Part shown: positions 1-12,400 of the stretch, piece after piece | Numbering within the stretch: the stretch's first letter is position 1 | Layout of the letters: the number at the start of each line of letters is the position of its first letter | From: Botryllus schlosseri | Lineage: Eukaryota | Length of the DNA: 64,000 nt | Reading direction: 5' to 3' | Assembly (NCBI GenBank): GCA_051294905.1 | Contig: CM119379.1 | Location: 15,686,001-15,750,000, forward strand | Notes under the pieces: generated by a model | The model's input: the letters and a program-made list of their open reading frames with translations, nothing else | Told to the model about the DNA's origin: nothing | The model's database searches: none | Translations under genes and position numbers: made by a program

Positions 1-1824
1 TGCTTTTATGGTCTGTGTGTCAAGCATCTGTGCAGAGTGCACAGAAAGACTTAAAGTTATGGAGACGTAAGATATTTCCTTGTAAGGTCATGTCATATGG
101 GATCTAAGAAGCAAGGAGTTGAATCGTAGAGGCTTAAAACGTCGAATTATAGCGATTACCAGTAGCCTATATACTGAATCATGACACCGATCGAATTATT
201 ATCTTGCCGAAGACCTGAGAAAAATTGTTTGTCCCATGCAGAAATGCCAATTTTGAACTAAGCCTACTGTCCGCGCCTTTGATTTAGCTTATGGTCATGT
301 ACGTTTGAGCCAAGCCCAAGCCATGACATCGAAGGTATTATAGACACCCTAATCGCTAAAATATATATATGCTACGTGCTACCATTGCACCAATTATTCA
401 ACTGAAATTTTGTTCGTGCTCCGCGAGATTTACCTCCGGCTCTTAATTACTGCTCTGTGTATAGTCCGAATTTCATATTTCAGAGTTGTTTCAACAGTCA
501 TAACCTTATGTGCCCTCAAACTATGCGTTGGGATTGGACACTTTCTGGTTGCTCTTTTTAATATTTCTTTGATTTTACGATAAAGGGGTGCAAAAATTTT
601 CACTATCATCGAGAGGGGCATGTCTGAAAAAGTCTGAGAATCATTGGTCTAAAACAATATACAACGACATTGATGTCATTACCTGACAGTTGACCACATT
701 GCAGTGGTATTTTCGTTTCAAAATATCCCGCTGTTTCATTCTGCTCCTGCTAATCACTATAATTTCACTGATAAGGCACTCTAATGTTATGGCAATCTAC
801 CCGGTATATGTCCCTCGAATGACAGACGCCGATCACACTTGGTTGCTACGACAAAGTCAACAAAGTAGTAGAACTTAAAAAGAATTATAGGATTCAATTT
901 CAGCGAGAATGAAGAAGTGAAAATGATACTTCAATATTGGTATGGTTCACAAAGTAAACATATGTCAGATCGGGAAACACAATCAATCATACGTTCGATA
1001 GTACACAAAAAAGTATCCGATTTCACCAAGATGCAACTAATATCTGCGTAATCATTATGTAGAATATGTACCGCACACTGCTGTACATCAGATGACAATA
1101 AATGTACTTGTAACGACCTTTTTAAAGTATCCAAATCTATATATCCATAACAGTTGCGCAAATTTTCAAAAAGTCGCGATTTTGTTCGATGAAATTGATG
1201 ATTCATGTCTACAAATCAGTATAGTTAGGTTTGAAGCTGGTTCCCCCGTTGTTTTATTTTCCCTTAATACACAAGGAAATCATCATTCATCATAATCAAT
1301 CATCATTTATTTGAGATTAGGCACTGTCGTTAGTATTTTATTATGATCTCATCTACATACCCTTCAGTTATTATTTACACATAGGATTATGAATAGGCTA
1401 AGTAAGCTTAAACCACTTCCACGGCCCATTTTGCATTTATTGTTTGTTTTAAAGACCCTACCGGGGCATTGGGTCGAATTGAGTCTTGTGTTTCCTGGCA
1501 TTTGTCCATTACATATCAATTAAGTGGGATCTGTCACAAAATTACATCTATCGCCAAATGATTGGATCTCAAAAATATTGGAAACTATTGTCGGAAGCCT
1601 GATATTATTCGACGGGAAATAGCACTGAAAAATTCCAGTTTCAAAATCGTAAATTCGAGGCTAACGTACATGAATGAGTCACAAGAATCCATCGTATAAT
1701 TGAAGTTCCGTTCTATCTGCGAAACAAGCATAAATCAATTTCTGTATTTTGCGTGTTTGATCAGCGTGTACTCAGCTGAGTACACGCTGGTTTGATGCGG
1801 CGAGATAGCGCAGTGGTATAATAA

Positions 1825-4717
1825 CACTGTGCTGCGTTTGCAAACTAGTTTTCAAAGGTAAAAGATGTTTTAACTGTTTTTGGATCAGTGTTTCGCGCTG
1901 AACTAAAAAATGCAACCAATTTTTCTCAATTAGGTCAAGTTTTTTCTCCACGGCATATTCAATTATGCTAGCTTTTGGTCATTATTCTACCTACACAAAG
2001 AAACTAATTTCTGTGGTAGCTCGATTGATTATGCGTGTTGTAAATTTTTACAATATGGTATTTTTATTTGAATTCAAGGTTTTTGCCATGACAACCGTTT
2101 TAAATACTTCTAAAATATAATAACACAGTTGAAATAAAGGCAATTACAACTAACCAACAAATCATAATTTTGTTCAATGGCGCTCAACCTAACAGAAGAA
2201 GGTATATAGGTTGATATGTTACACAATAGACACGTAAACACTTCTAACATCACAAATGTGTTTTAAATGCGAAATCCTTGCCAACATCAGTGTGGGAAGT
2301 GTGAAATGAAGACGAAGCATTCAAAATAGCTTAACAAAGAAAGTGTTGTGCGGAACATGATGATAAATTAAACTGATACTAATGCTGATATTCTGACGAT
2401 AAATACAATAACAATATATGATGTAAATGATTTATTCTGACAATAAGCATTAATGTTATTCACGCGAAAAGAACCGTGTGAACGTTAATGTCGCAGTATT
2501 TTATTCGGCATGGTTCATAAAAGAAAAACATGCGCAAAGAATAAATACAGTCGCGACTAAGGTCACCTCAAATATATACATTGTATATATTTGGATCAAT
2601 ACCCGCCATTTACGGTGGAGGGGAAAAGAATTTAATTGAACATATAAATAAATAGGCGAATCACATACATGAAATGCAATATTATTTCGGGACAAAGGAC
2701 AGAAGAGGACGGGGCCAGTTCGCCAGAAGAACATGAAACATAGATAAAGACACCCCCACCAAAAACAACACAACACATGGTGGTGGGGGCCTACAGACAA
2801 CAAAAATAAGGGGCGAACTGGCGAGATCCGACTGCAGGCATTAAAAATATAACTATTGTGGTAAAAATCTAAGTCTTCTGTTACACAGAAAGTTTGGGAA
2901 CTCCTCCCCCTAGCAATTGGGCACCATACTGCAAATTAACTTAATTAAACAAAAGCATACTAAAATGACCCTTTCTTGTTAATATGGGGAGGAGTCCGTG
3001 AGTCAAGCCGGTTACCATGTGCCTGCAGTCGAACCCCGTGATGGCTAGTGGCAATTCATTCCAAGGATAAAAACACACAGGCACTCAGAGTAAGTGATGT
3101 TATTCACACAACTCTCGAATATTGATAATAATGATGATTACAAATGCGAAATCGAGCAGCCAATCAGTAATTGTCTCTCGCCGGTTTCTTGCTTCGCGTT
3201 GACCAACTCGCATCGCGGCAATTATTTGCAGATTAAGGGCGATTTGGACGGCATTGGTGCATTTCCTGATTTACGTTCGCGACAGGGATATCTAGTTCTT
3301 GTTCTAGATATCTCTGGTTCGCGAAGCATTTCGGGGGTACATCGGTCGATTCGTAAATTCAATTTGCATGTCGACGGCCGCCAACACATACTAATTGAAT
3401 TACATGTTGACGGCCGCACAAATGTCCTTCTACAGCAGCAGGTTGGCCACCCCTGGGTTAGAATTAATTCCACTTCCGGGCGCATGCCGCGATCTTATCA
3501 ATAGAAATTCAGTGTTTACCTAATGCCTAATAGTTTATTATTCGATATTGTTGTTCTCGATACGAGTACATCCAGCAATCAAGTGTACCGGAATGTAGAA
3601 GGTTCCCTGTTCAAACGAATCGAATAAAATCAGAATTTGCGCCACCCAGAATCTTGTGATGCATCAATATTTTACAATGGCATATATAGCATGGCCTACT
3701 GCTTCAAAGATTTCCTTCTATGTTTGGAGTTATGTGGATCTCTCTCTTTAAGCACCAACGGTAATCTGCAAACATTTTAAGTCCCTCTATCCTTGATCTG
3801 GCGAAAGTCTTGGTGGAATATCTAATTGTTATTCGCTGTAATCACCACAGTTGACTGGAAAAGTAATCCTAATGAGAAGTCAGAGAGCGCATTTTCACAG
3901 ACATCAGGGTCAGGGCTCCAGAGGATTGAAAGCTTTCAAGCAGCCCTTTGACCTGTGCTTGATAATCAGGGCTTCTATGCTTTTCGGGAAAGTTTAAAAT
4001 GACTACTCGATAAGCTGCCCATGGTCATTTTTCTACTGCACCCATGTGTGCAGTGTAACCTTCGTCTTTGATTAGTTCACAGATTTGTGCCCTATGCCCA
4101 AAGGTGATAATAATCCTGAAACCTCTTTACAGTATACTATAGGACAGTGGTTCTCAAACTTTTTTAGACACGATCCCCTTTTTGATAGTGAAAAATTTCG
4201 CGCCCCTTCTCGTGATATTACGAAATATTAAAGAGAGAAATCAGATTGCTAGCAATCGCAATGGGCATTTGATGGCATTGAAGGTTATGGCTATTGAGGA
4301 GAGAATTCTCAAATATGAAATTCGGACAATAGACAATAGACAATAGATATACCATGAGCATGAGCTGGACGTAAATCGGGCGAAGCGTGAAAAATTTCAG
4401 TTAACAGTGGCTTCGCGCCCCCCTTCAGATGCTTTCGCGTCCCCCACTTTAAGAACCACAGCTATAGGGAATGGTCTTCGTCATAATTGAAATATTTTCT
4501 TAACTTTTCATCAAATCATCATCGCTAAATTCATTTTATGACGTCACAAATCTCAATCGCATAACGCTGAAGACTGCAGTTTTCGAAAATTCAAATGCAA
4601 TTTGGCAAAAATCTAGACCTGATTGAAGTAAACGGATAACAGTTTTGGATTCAGCATCAAAAAGTACACTAAGAACCGTCAATAATTTAGTAACCTTAAA
4701 ATCGACGCAGCACAGTG
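1825..4717 (-). mobile_element. Fossil Chapaev-like (CMC group) DNA transposon
   Basis: 13-bp TIR CACTGTGCTGCGT, TAA on both flanks. A degenerate transposase lies on the minus strand at about 3700-4021 (…SH*DYFPVNCGDYSE…FHQDF…MFADYRWCLKRE…HRRKS). The two flanks rejoin into a tRNA-SINE head. The superfamily name rests on motif recall. Confidence 0.7.
4145..4461 (+). mobile_element. hAT-type MITE (CAGTGGTTCTCAAAC family)
   Basis: TIRs CAGTGGTTCT/AGAACCACAG; 8-bp TSD ctatagga/ctataggg. Related reverse copies at about 430-646 and 62877-63181. Confidence 0.8.
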
Positions 4718-6374
4718 TAATCCACGACTGCAACACCAATGGGTTGCGGTTTCGAGTTCGACCGGGGTCGACTCTAGAATTCCTACCTAAGTGTTGGCGG
4801 TTTATCGAGGTTTTAGAAGGATTTGTCCTCCTTTTTGAAAATTTGTCCTCGCATCGCCGGCCATCCGACAGTCGACGAGCATGTCCACATTCAAGTCGAA
4901 ATACAAGCAATTTATTGCTTTTTTCTTCACTATCTTCTATTACTTTACGCAATCTAGCATTTACATATCATGTCGTAATCTAGCAGTCCATGGCGTGTTC
5001 AAAGGTTGTATGCTAAAACAGGTCTAAAACTAAAAAAGTCAGAGTCCACTTTTCCAGATTAGGACACGCCATGGACTGCTAGATTACGATATGATATGTA
5101 AAGGCTAGATTGCGAAACATCAGTTTCAAACTTTATGATGAGCCATATATAATGTGATGAAATATTTCATATGGGCAACCCGCTACCTAAATTATATTCA
5201 CCGATACTTTCGTGAAGTCTGGTCACACCATATCCACTGTGTGCGAAGCGCGAGGAAAATTCTGGGCTTTATATTCAACTTTTATGAAAATTAAATGTTG
5301 ATACACCGTGAAAACACCCCCGAAATTCATCAGTCTATCTTCCTGATTGGAGGATCAGACTACTTCTACTTGACAAACTGAAAATAGCGAAAAGTAAGTA
5401 AGTAGATCACAAAATATTACGAAGTAGAAGTAGCAGTTTAGCAAAAATAAGATCAACTCGAGTAAGTACCAGAAGTAGAGGAAAACTACTTGAGTACTTC
5501 GAAAAAGTTGAAGTACTTCGTTACTGTCCACCGCTGCTCATTACCAACCGACGTAAATTCAAGTCAGTCTTTTCGCTCGAAAAATTGGCATTAACCGACA
5601 TGCTTCAGTAAGCTCAATAATGCTGGAATGGACTCGGGAAAGGAGAACACTTTTAACAAAAGTATAGAAGTTAGTTCACCGAAATTGAAAATAGCAGATT
5701 CTGAAATATTTACTAAAAGGTGATCACTGATCATCATCACTCTGGCTGGACTCCCGAATTACCCACTTTTTACCTATAGTTCGATCTGTGGTGTTGACTA
5801 AAAAAAGGTCATTTTCCCGATTTGACTCCCGAAAAACTTTCATCTTATATTATCAGTTTTGAATAAAAAAGGTTTTTAAGATTTGACTCCCGCGTAGCCC
5901 GTCATCTATCTTTTAGTTTAGGCCAACATTTTTGGGCATATTAGGCTAAAAGGAGGACAAATTGTGAAAAAAGGGAGGACATTTCATCATTGGTTTATTA
6001 AGAATTCTGATTAGTTCAATGTACCGAAAAATGCGATACAATGAAAATATAGGGAGGTGTTGAAGCGACTTGGAGTAGTCTTTGGAATCAGACACCCACC
6101 TTGGCCTAGGCGAGGTAAAGAGGAGGCATGCACACGTACACTGAATGAAAAGTAAAAGAAGATAGTGAAGAAAAAAGCAATAAATTGCTTGTATTTCGAC
6201 TTGAATGTGGACATGCTCGTCGACTATCAGATGGCCGGCGATGGGAGGACAATTTTTCAAAAAGGAGGACAAATCCTTCTAAAATATAAGCTTCCTCGCG
6301 GTCTACCAAGAAAAGCACACCATAGAATTACTGTAATTTTGTAGTTTAAAAAACAATCGTGATGACTTCATGAC

Positions 6375-6654
6375 CAGAGATGGCCACAGTCCGGTTCAGG
6401 AGCCGGAGCCGGAGCAGGATTTCAATGATTTTTTACCAGGCCGGACTGGATCCGGATTTTGAATTTGGGGTGACGGTCGGATTTTAGCCGGATTTTTTTG
6501 CTGCAATATGATTAATTAGCATTGTTCTGGCCGGATTTTCTCGGATTCCGAACTGGACATTCACCAGCCGGATTTTTTCGGACTCTGAATTTCCAATTGC
6601 CAGCCGGATCCGGATAGATTCGGATCCCGAAATTTTGGAATCCGCCCATCTCTG
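6375..6654. mobile_element. hAT-type MITE with CCGGAT subterminal repeats
   Basis: TIR CAGAGATGG/CCATCTCTG; perfect 8-bp TSD ttcatgac. Confidence 0.85.
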
Positions 6655-7343
6655 TTCATGACTTCATTTTTCAAACGGCAGCGCCGGCTAGCGGCTATAA
6701 ATTCCATGAATTTGAGTTGGAGATACAGCCCCGTGAGATCGTGACGAAACTAAAATTTGCCAAAAAAATAGCAGAAATGAGTGAAATTTCCATAGTTCGT
6801 TATTTTCACAGTGTAAATATTTCATAGTTGTTTCCATATCATTTACGAAGGCTATGGTTATTTCTACACGCCATATTATGCCTCTTCGCTTAGAAGATTT
6901 TGAAACCTTCCAACCTCATTCTAAAGTACGATTCCGTGAATTGACTCATCCTAGGCTTCCCAGTACACTCACTGAGCTATATAAACATACCCCATACTAT
7001 TTGTTTCATAGTTTCGATTCAGGATTCAGGAACGGCTGCAGCAGAGATCCTGATATCTGGATGTGATATCCGGATTTCCGCAATGTACGATTCTGTCGTC
7101 ATAATGAAAATTATGTTGTTGACCTCGTTGCTGTGACAACTGTTACAATGCTACGATATGGAAATCGTCGTAGGTCATGCAAGTAGCAAGCCTCTGCGAT
7201 GGAGTGATTGGTTTCGTCGCCGTGTAAATGTACAGCCAGAATCTTTGATCCGGTCTGCTCATCCTTTTCTCGTTTCTTCCTTCGCCGGTGAGGACGCTCA
7301 TATTATCAACGGTAAGACTCAAGCTTTCTTGCTATCCGATCAA

Positions 7344-7665
7344 GGTAGCGTAATGGTTAAGCGTCTGGCTTCTTGATCGGTAGATCGTGGGTTCGATTCC
7401 CGACCGGGTCAGACCAAAGACCTGATTAGTAATACTGGTATCCATGGCTTCCCTGCTTGGTATATTATTATTACTGGGATAGCATGGAGGGGTGGTGCAT
7501 GACTTGGAAAGCCGTAAGGGCTATATCTGCACTTCCTTGTCCAGCGGCACATGCACATCATGCACTCATGGTATGCATATGCGCAGATCGTGTGTATGTG
7601 TATCATGAGTCGGTGTATATGCCGCAAAAACATCAAGGACAAAAATAAACCACGTCCTTTTCCTT
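7344..7665 (+). mobile_element. tRNA-derived SINE, family 1 (Meta-domain-like core, hairpin 3' part)
   Basis: A-box TAGCGTAATGG, B-box GGTTCGATTCC, then GGGTCAGACCAAAGAC…CTTCCCTGCTTG. Second copy at 19958-20307. Confidence 0.85.
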
Positions 7666-8259
7666 GATCACAACTTGGAAAAACAATTTCTCTGTGACCT
7701 CTTGGTCTTGGTGCATTGCAACTTATAGATGTGGATGATATCTAAACAACAAACGTCCACCGCAGTAAACCAGTGAAATCAAACCATACCAAATCCTAAT
7801 TCTCATTTTGCGAACAGCTACCTATAGGCTATATAATGTAAGGTATTCACTAAATGAACCGTCAAATACCGGTAGGCTGCACTTCATCATTTGACTGGGT
7901 GATTGACTTGTTTTCAAGCTAATGGACAAATTTTGCTGTAATGTTAGTACACGCGTTTTCATTTTCTTGCTTGTCTATTATGCATGCAAGTCAGAGATTT
8001 CTGGAAAACATACGTCTGGCAATCAGAACAAATTATATAATGCCAACAAGTATGTGAATATGGGATGAAACCTTTATTGTAACTTCATAACTCGGAAATG
8101 GCAAACCCATGTCGGGGCAAAACCATGACAACCGATAGCAATTTACTACACACATATCACATTTATTAGGACAATTAGATAACAATGCGCCCGGAGTGGA
8201 ATAAGCGGCAACGGCACGCGCAACGTCACGCAAACATTTGCATCTGATCACGCCAATTA

Positions 8260-8420
8260 TTGAATTATGCTGACGTCACAAAGCGATACCGGAGTTCAGA
8301 TCCAAAATAAGGCGCTTTCGCTTTACAATCAACGCAAGCAAGCGTGGCATTTGCGCAACGACGTAACCCTAGTCTGGCGTATACCAGGTCTATTTTAACA
8401 CATTGTGTCGTTTGGTAAGT
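8260..8420 (+). promoter_or_regulatory. Putative promoter / non-coding first exon of VWA-BRCT paralog 1
   Basis: Locally GC-richer segment with a CRE palindrome TGACGTCA at about 8271 and an otherwise unused GTAAGT donor at 8415, upstream of the acceptor near 9409 that precedes the ATG at 9453. Confidence 0.3.
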
Positions 8421-8644
8421 AATTCAGTACCGATTCAGAGCAGAAAAAATATTTCCGTCAAGCGGATGAAATTTTCCAATCACGCGAGAAATCTGTCTGT
8501 CACGCACAACATGTTGTCGAAAACAACCACCGATTCCAGTCTGGCAATGCGCCAAGCTCTGCAACTGCAAAATTCAGTTATGTTTCTTCACCCAAATTTT
8601 GAGACAACATGATACACAGTATATAAATATAGGTATGTATATTA

Positions 8645-9291
8645 GGGCTCTTCAAAAATGACTTTTTTTCTCAAATCGTACTGGCTACTTGATAAAATTG
8701 TTAGGTTACCTAATTTAAGCCTGCACACAAAATTTGGTTCAATTCCAGCCAGTAACCGCTTAGGAGAACTAAGTTTCTATTTATTATATTAAAATAAATA
8801 ATAAAAAATTTGAAAATTTTCTGTTCACCCCATGAAAGTGTTAGGCTGTCTATAGAAACGATGCTCACCAAATTTGGTACAATTCCAACCAGTGGAAACG
8901 GAGATATTGCCGTCGAGAAATTTGGATTTGAATAAAATAGTATTTACGGTGATCACAACTATAATAAACAAACAAAGAATCGGTCACCGTAAATACTATT
9001 TTATTCAAATCCAAATTTCTCGATGGCAATAACTCCGTTTCCACTGGTTGGAATTGTACCAAATTTGGTGAGCATCGTTTCTATAGACAGCCTAACACTT
9101 TCATGGGGTGAACAGAAAATTTTCAAATTTTTTATTATTTATTTTAATATATTAAATAGAAACTTAGTTCTCCTAAGCGGTTACTGGCTGGAATTGAACC
9201 AATTTTTGTGTGTAGGTTTAAATTTGGTAACCTAACAATTTTACCAAGTAGCCTGTACGATTTGAGAAAAAAAGTCATTTTTGAAGATCCC
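8645..9291. mobile_element. Foldback MITE (near-perfect palindrome, about 650 bp)
   Basis: Arms of about 308 bp around a spacer of about 30 bp, TA on both flanks. A near-identical left arm recurs at 63872-63988 and a diverged relative at about 37090-37210. Confidence 0.9.
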
Positions 9292-9452
9292 TAATGTATA
9301 CATATACATATACTGTGATATTACCAATACATCAAAATGTCTGCGAAAACCTCATCGTCATCAGTTTATTTACACATATACTTGGAAATGAGATATTGTT
9401 ATTATGTAGGGAAAGTTGGCTGGCAGGGTGTGACTATTACACAATCAACATC

Positions 9453-12400
9453 ATGCCAGGACAGAAGAAGATCCGCGTCAGTCGTGGTTCGGGACTAAAA
9501 AAGGATGAGATGCTACGAAGCAAGTATTTCTGCCAAGTCACCAGGAATCAGGTATATTTAGCGAATGCAAACCACAGAAATCATAATTCTCCATTCTCGG
9601 ATCTACTTTCGTTTTCTGTGTGCTTCAGATAACTTCCTTGGCATCTTCTCTGTCCTCTGCTTTCCTTTCTAAATCAAAATGTCGTTCACAGATGTTAGAT
9701 GTCGTCATGGAGATATCAGCTCCACCCAGACCGGATATTAAGCGTCCGCCTCTGCGGTACGTACTAGTGATTGACGTTAGTTCGAGCATGAAGTACAAAG
9801 TTGGTAAATCTACCGAGTCTTTATTGGATCGGGTCAAGGTACAGTGTATATAGATAACCATGTAATTAGATGTTATAGATAACTTTGCATTTCCAGGTGT
9901 TCGCGGAACTGGTGATTAGAAAAGTAGCAAATAAAGATTCGTTGGGTATAGTATCCTTTGCGAAAAATGTCAAAATCGAATTTCCAGTCACAATAATGAG
10001 CAATGACGCCAAAGTATGTTTGCCCTTCCCTTTGTGAATGATGTGAAAATGATAATGATTGGGAAAACATCTTTTATCGAAGGTACGGGCTTTGGGAGTA
10101 GTTCGGGAGCTCACAGTTCGCGGCGGCACAAATCTGGAACTTGGAATGATGACGGGACTAGAAGTGCTGAAAGAGTAGGCTTCTGTTCGTTTCAATTCTA
10201 ATTAGATTATTTGAATTTCGTCGCCTGATAAAGCAGTAGGCCTACTTCGTATGCCATCCACAGGAATGGTGGCTTCCAAGAACTGTAGACCTCCAAGAGT
10301 GTATTGCGAATGTTATTTTCCTATTTATCACTTTTTCTCCAAATTCTAGAATAGGTGACTAGCGGTATTGAACTTGAATATTCAAGTTGAAGTTGAATGT
10401 TTCAAGATTTCGTTTAATAACTCGAAAGAGTTTTCTTGTGCCCCTTATAAGTAGTTAACGGCACAAAGACAAGCATATCAACAGATATTCAAAGAAATCC
10501 ATTTGATAAATAACGATATAACAATATACTTTTAAAACAACGCTAGTCAAAGTTCACTGTACCGGTAACTATGCGGTGGTCATAGCCAGGAAAACGAATG
10601 AGATTAATGGAAATGATTTCAACGTTGTAAAACATATCGCGACAAAATTTCTTGTGTAGCTCGCAATCGGCAGAGAACAAGGACCTGATTGTAATATTCA
10701 CGGATGGAGAAGCCAACAAAGGGAGCACGGATGCCACGGAAATGATCGCGAACTATAATGAAGCTCAGGCAAAATCGGGGAACTCTGCCTGCGTTCCTAT
10801 CTCCGCATTCACGATTGGCGGATACGTACCGGCTCTGCTTGACGAGGTATTATAACAATAATAATTATCGGTGCTATTATTTTCGTCCGCTCAAGACGCA
10901 CACCTCGATGTGTAACACAAGACTCAATGCCTTGTGATGATCAAATAGTAAGCTGTTTGAATGACCAAATGCGGTCCGTCAATCTAAAAACCAGCAAGGC
11001 CTACTGCTCAGTAAAAATTTAGCCTGCATATGCTTTTTTGGAGTAATCAAGTGTGTTTTGCCGGCTTGCAGTACTTCCATGAATGGCTATTTTGTTAGAC
11101 TTCTCACATTTCTAATGGGACATGATTTACGCAAAATGACTTACATTTTACAATTTGGACTTTGAAAATTACAATGTAAGTTTCGAATAGTATATTCATA
11201 TTGAAAGGAACCTGAATATTTTCGGCTGACACTCGTCAGGGGTAATCGTCAGCAACTAGTAGAGAATTGGAAAGAACATTGTATATCAACAATCGTATCA
11301 ATCGTGGTGACGTCATATATTGTGATACGATTGTTGATATACAATGTTCTTTCCAATTCTCCGCTAGTTGCTGACGATTACCCCTGACGAGTGTCAACCG
11401 AAAATATCCGGGTTCATTACAATATGAATATAGTGTTCAATTGTATATTGAAGTTCTGTACCTCCAAGAAGCTCTTCAAATGTAAGTTTTGGGACAAAAT
11501 TCCATCCTTTTTGATTGAAATTGTAATAAGAACCATGTGAAATAGCATCAGAAACTGAATATCTTTTCGAAAATTCTGCCCATTTGTTGTGTCATTAGAC
11601 GTTATGCATTAAACTGGTACCATTTCAAGCGGTTTCTATGTGTTTTTGAAATTGATGGCATTATGTCTAAAATCGATCCGTTCATTTGCGCAAGTTTGAA
11701 TTCCGATGATGTTTTTTTTCCTTTCAGCTCTCTCAGCATTTGGGTAGCGACGCGTTCTACTGGCTTAACGAAAACGAAGAGTTCGAATCGGACATGCTGA
11801 TGCCGATTCTTCTGAGGTATCACCTTGCTTAAAAAATTCCATAGAGTTTCAAATTTGACTTTCGATCGTATTGGCAAGAGAGGAGACGCACGTCACCGAC
11901 GTTAAGATCAAAATGACATGCCTGGAAGGAGTGACTTTCGACGTGGACGCCACATACAAAACTGCGGCAATGGTCAGTTTTCGTGATCCTGAACGTGTTA
12001 TATTCATGATGTAGCTTTACACTTATTAGCATTGGCAATGGTAGTTAGTAGCAATGTGATGTGTTTTGAAGACTCGAGTGTCATCAACAAAGGTGATAGC
12101 GGTCTAGTTCAGGAAATTATTGACATTATTATTGATCAACCTTTCCAAAATGAAAAAACTTCAAGGTGTCATCAGATTTTTCGGACTCCAATTTATAAAT
12201 GTCTAATCGGGATGATAGATTGTGATTCTGGTCGTCAAGAATTCTTTTTTGCTGGTAATAGTAAAGGGGTAGCCTACGTCGGTGTTTTGGGATTCAGATA
12301 TAGGTTGTTTTCGTTGAACCTTTGGATCTGACGACAACCGCATTAATTTACAGAGTTAATAAGCTGGCATATTTACAAGTCATGAACTAGGCGATGGGGT

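Noticed and set aside
7158-7311. ORF ending at a strong GTAAG donor, considered as an upstream exon of paralog 1
   Set aside because: No homologous sequence in paralog 2 and the phase does not fit the best acceptor; unresolved without cDNA.
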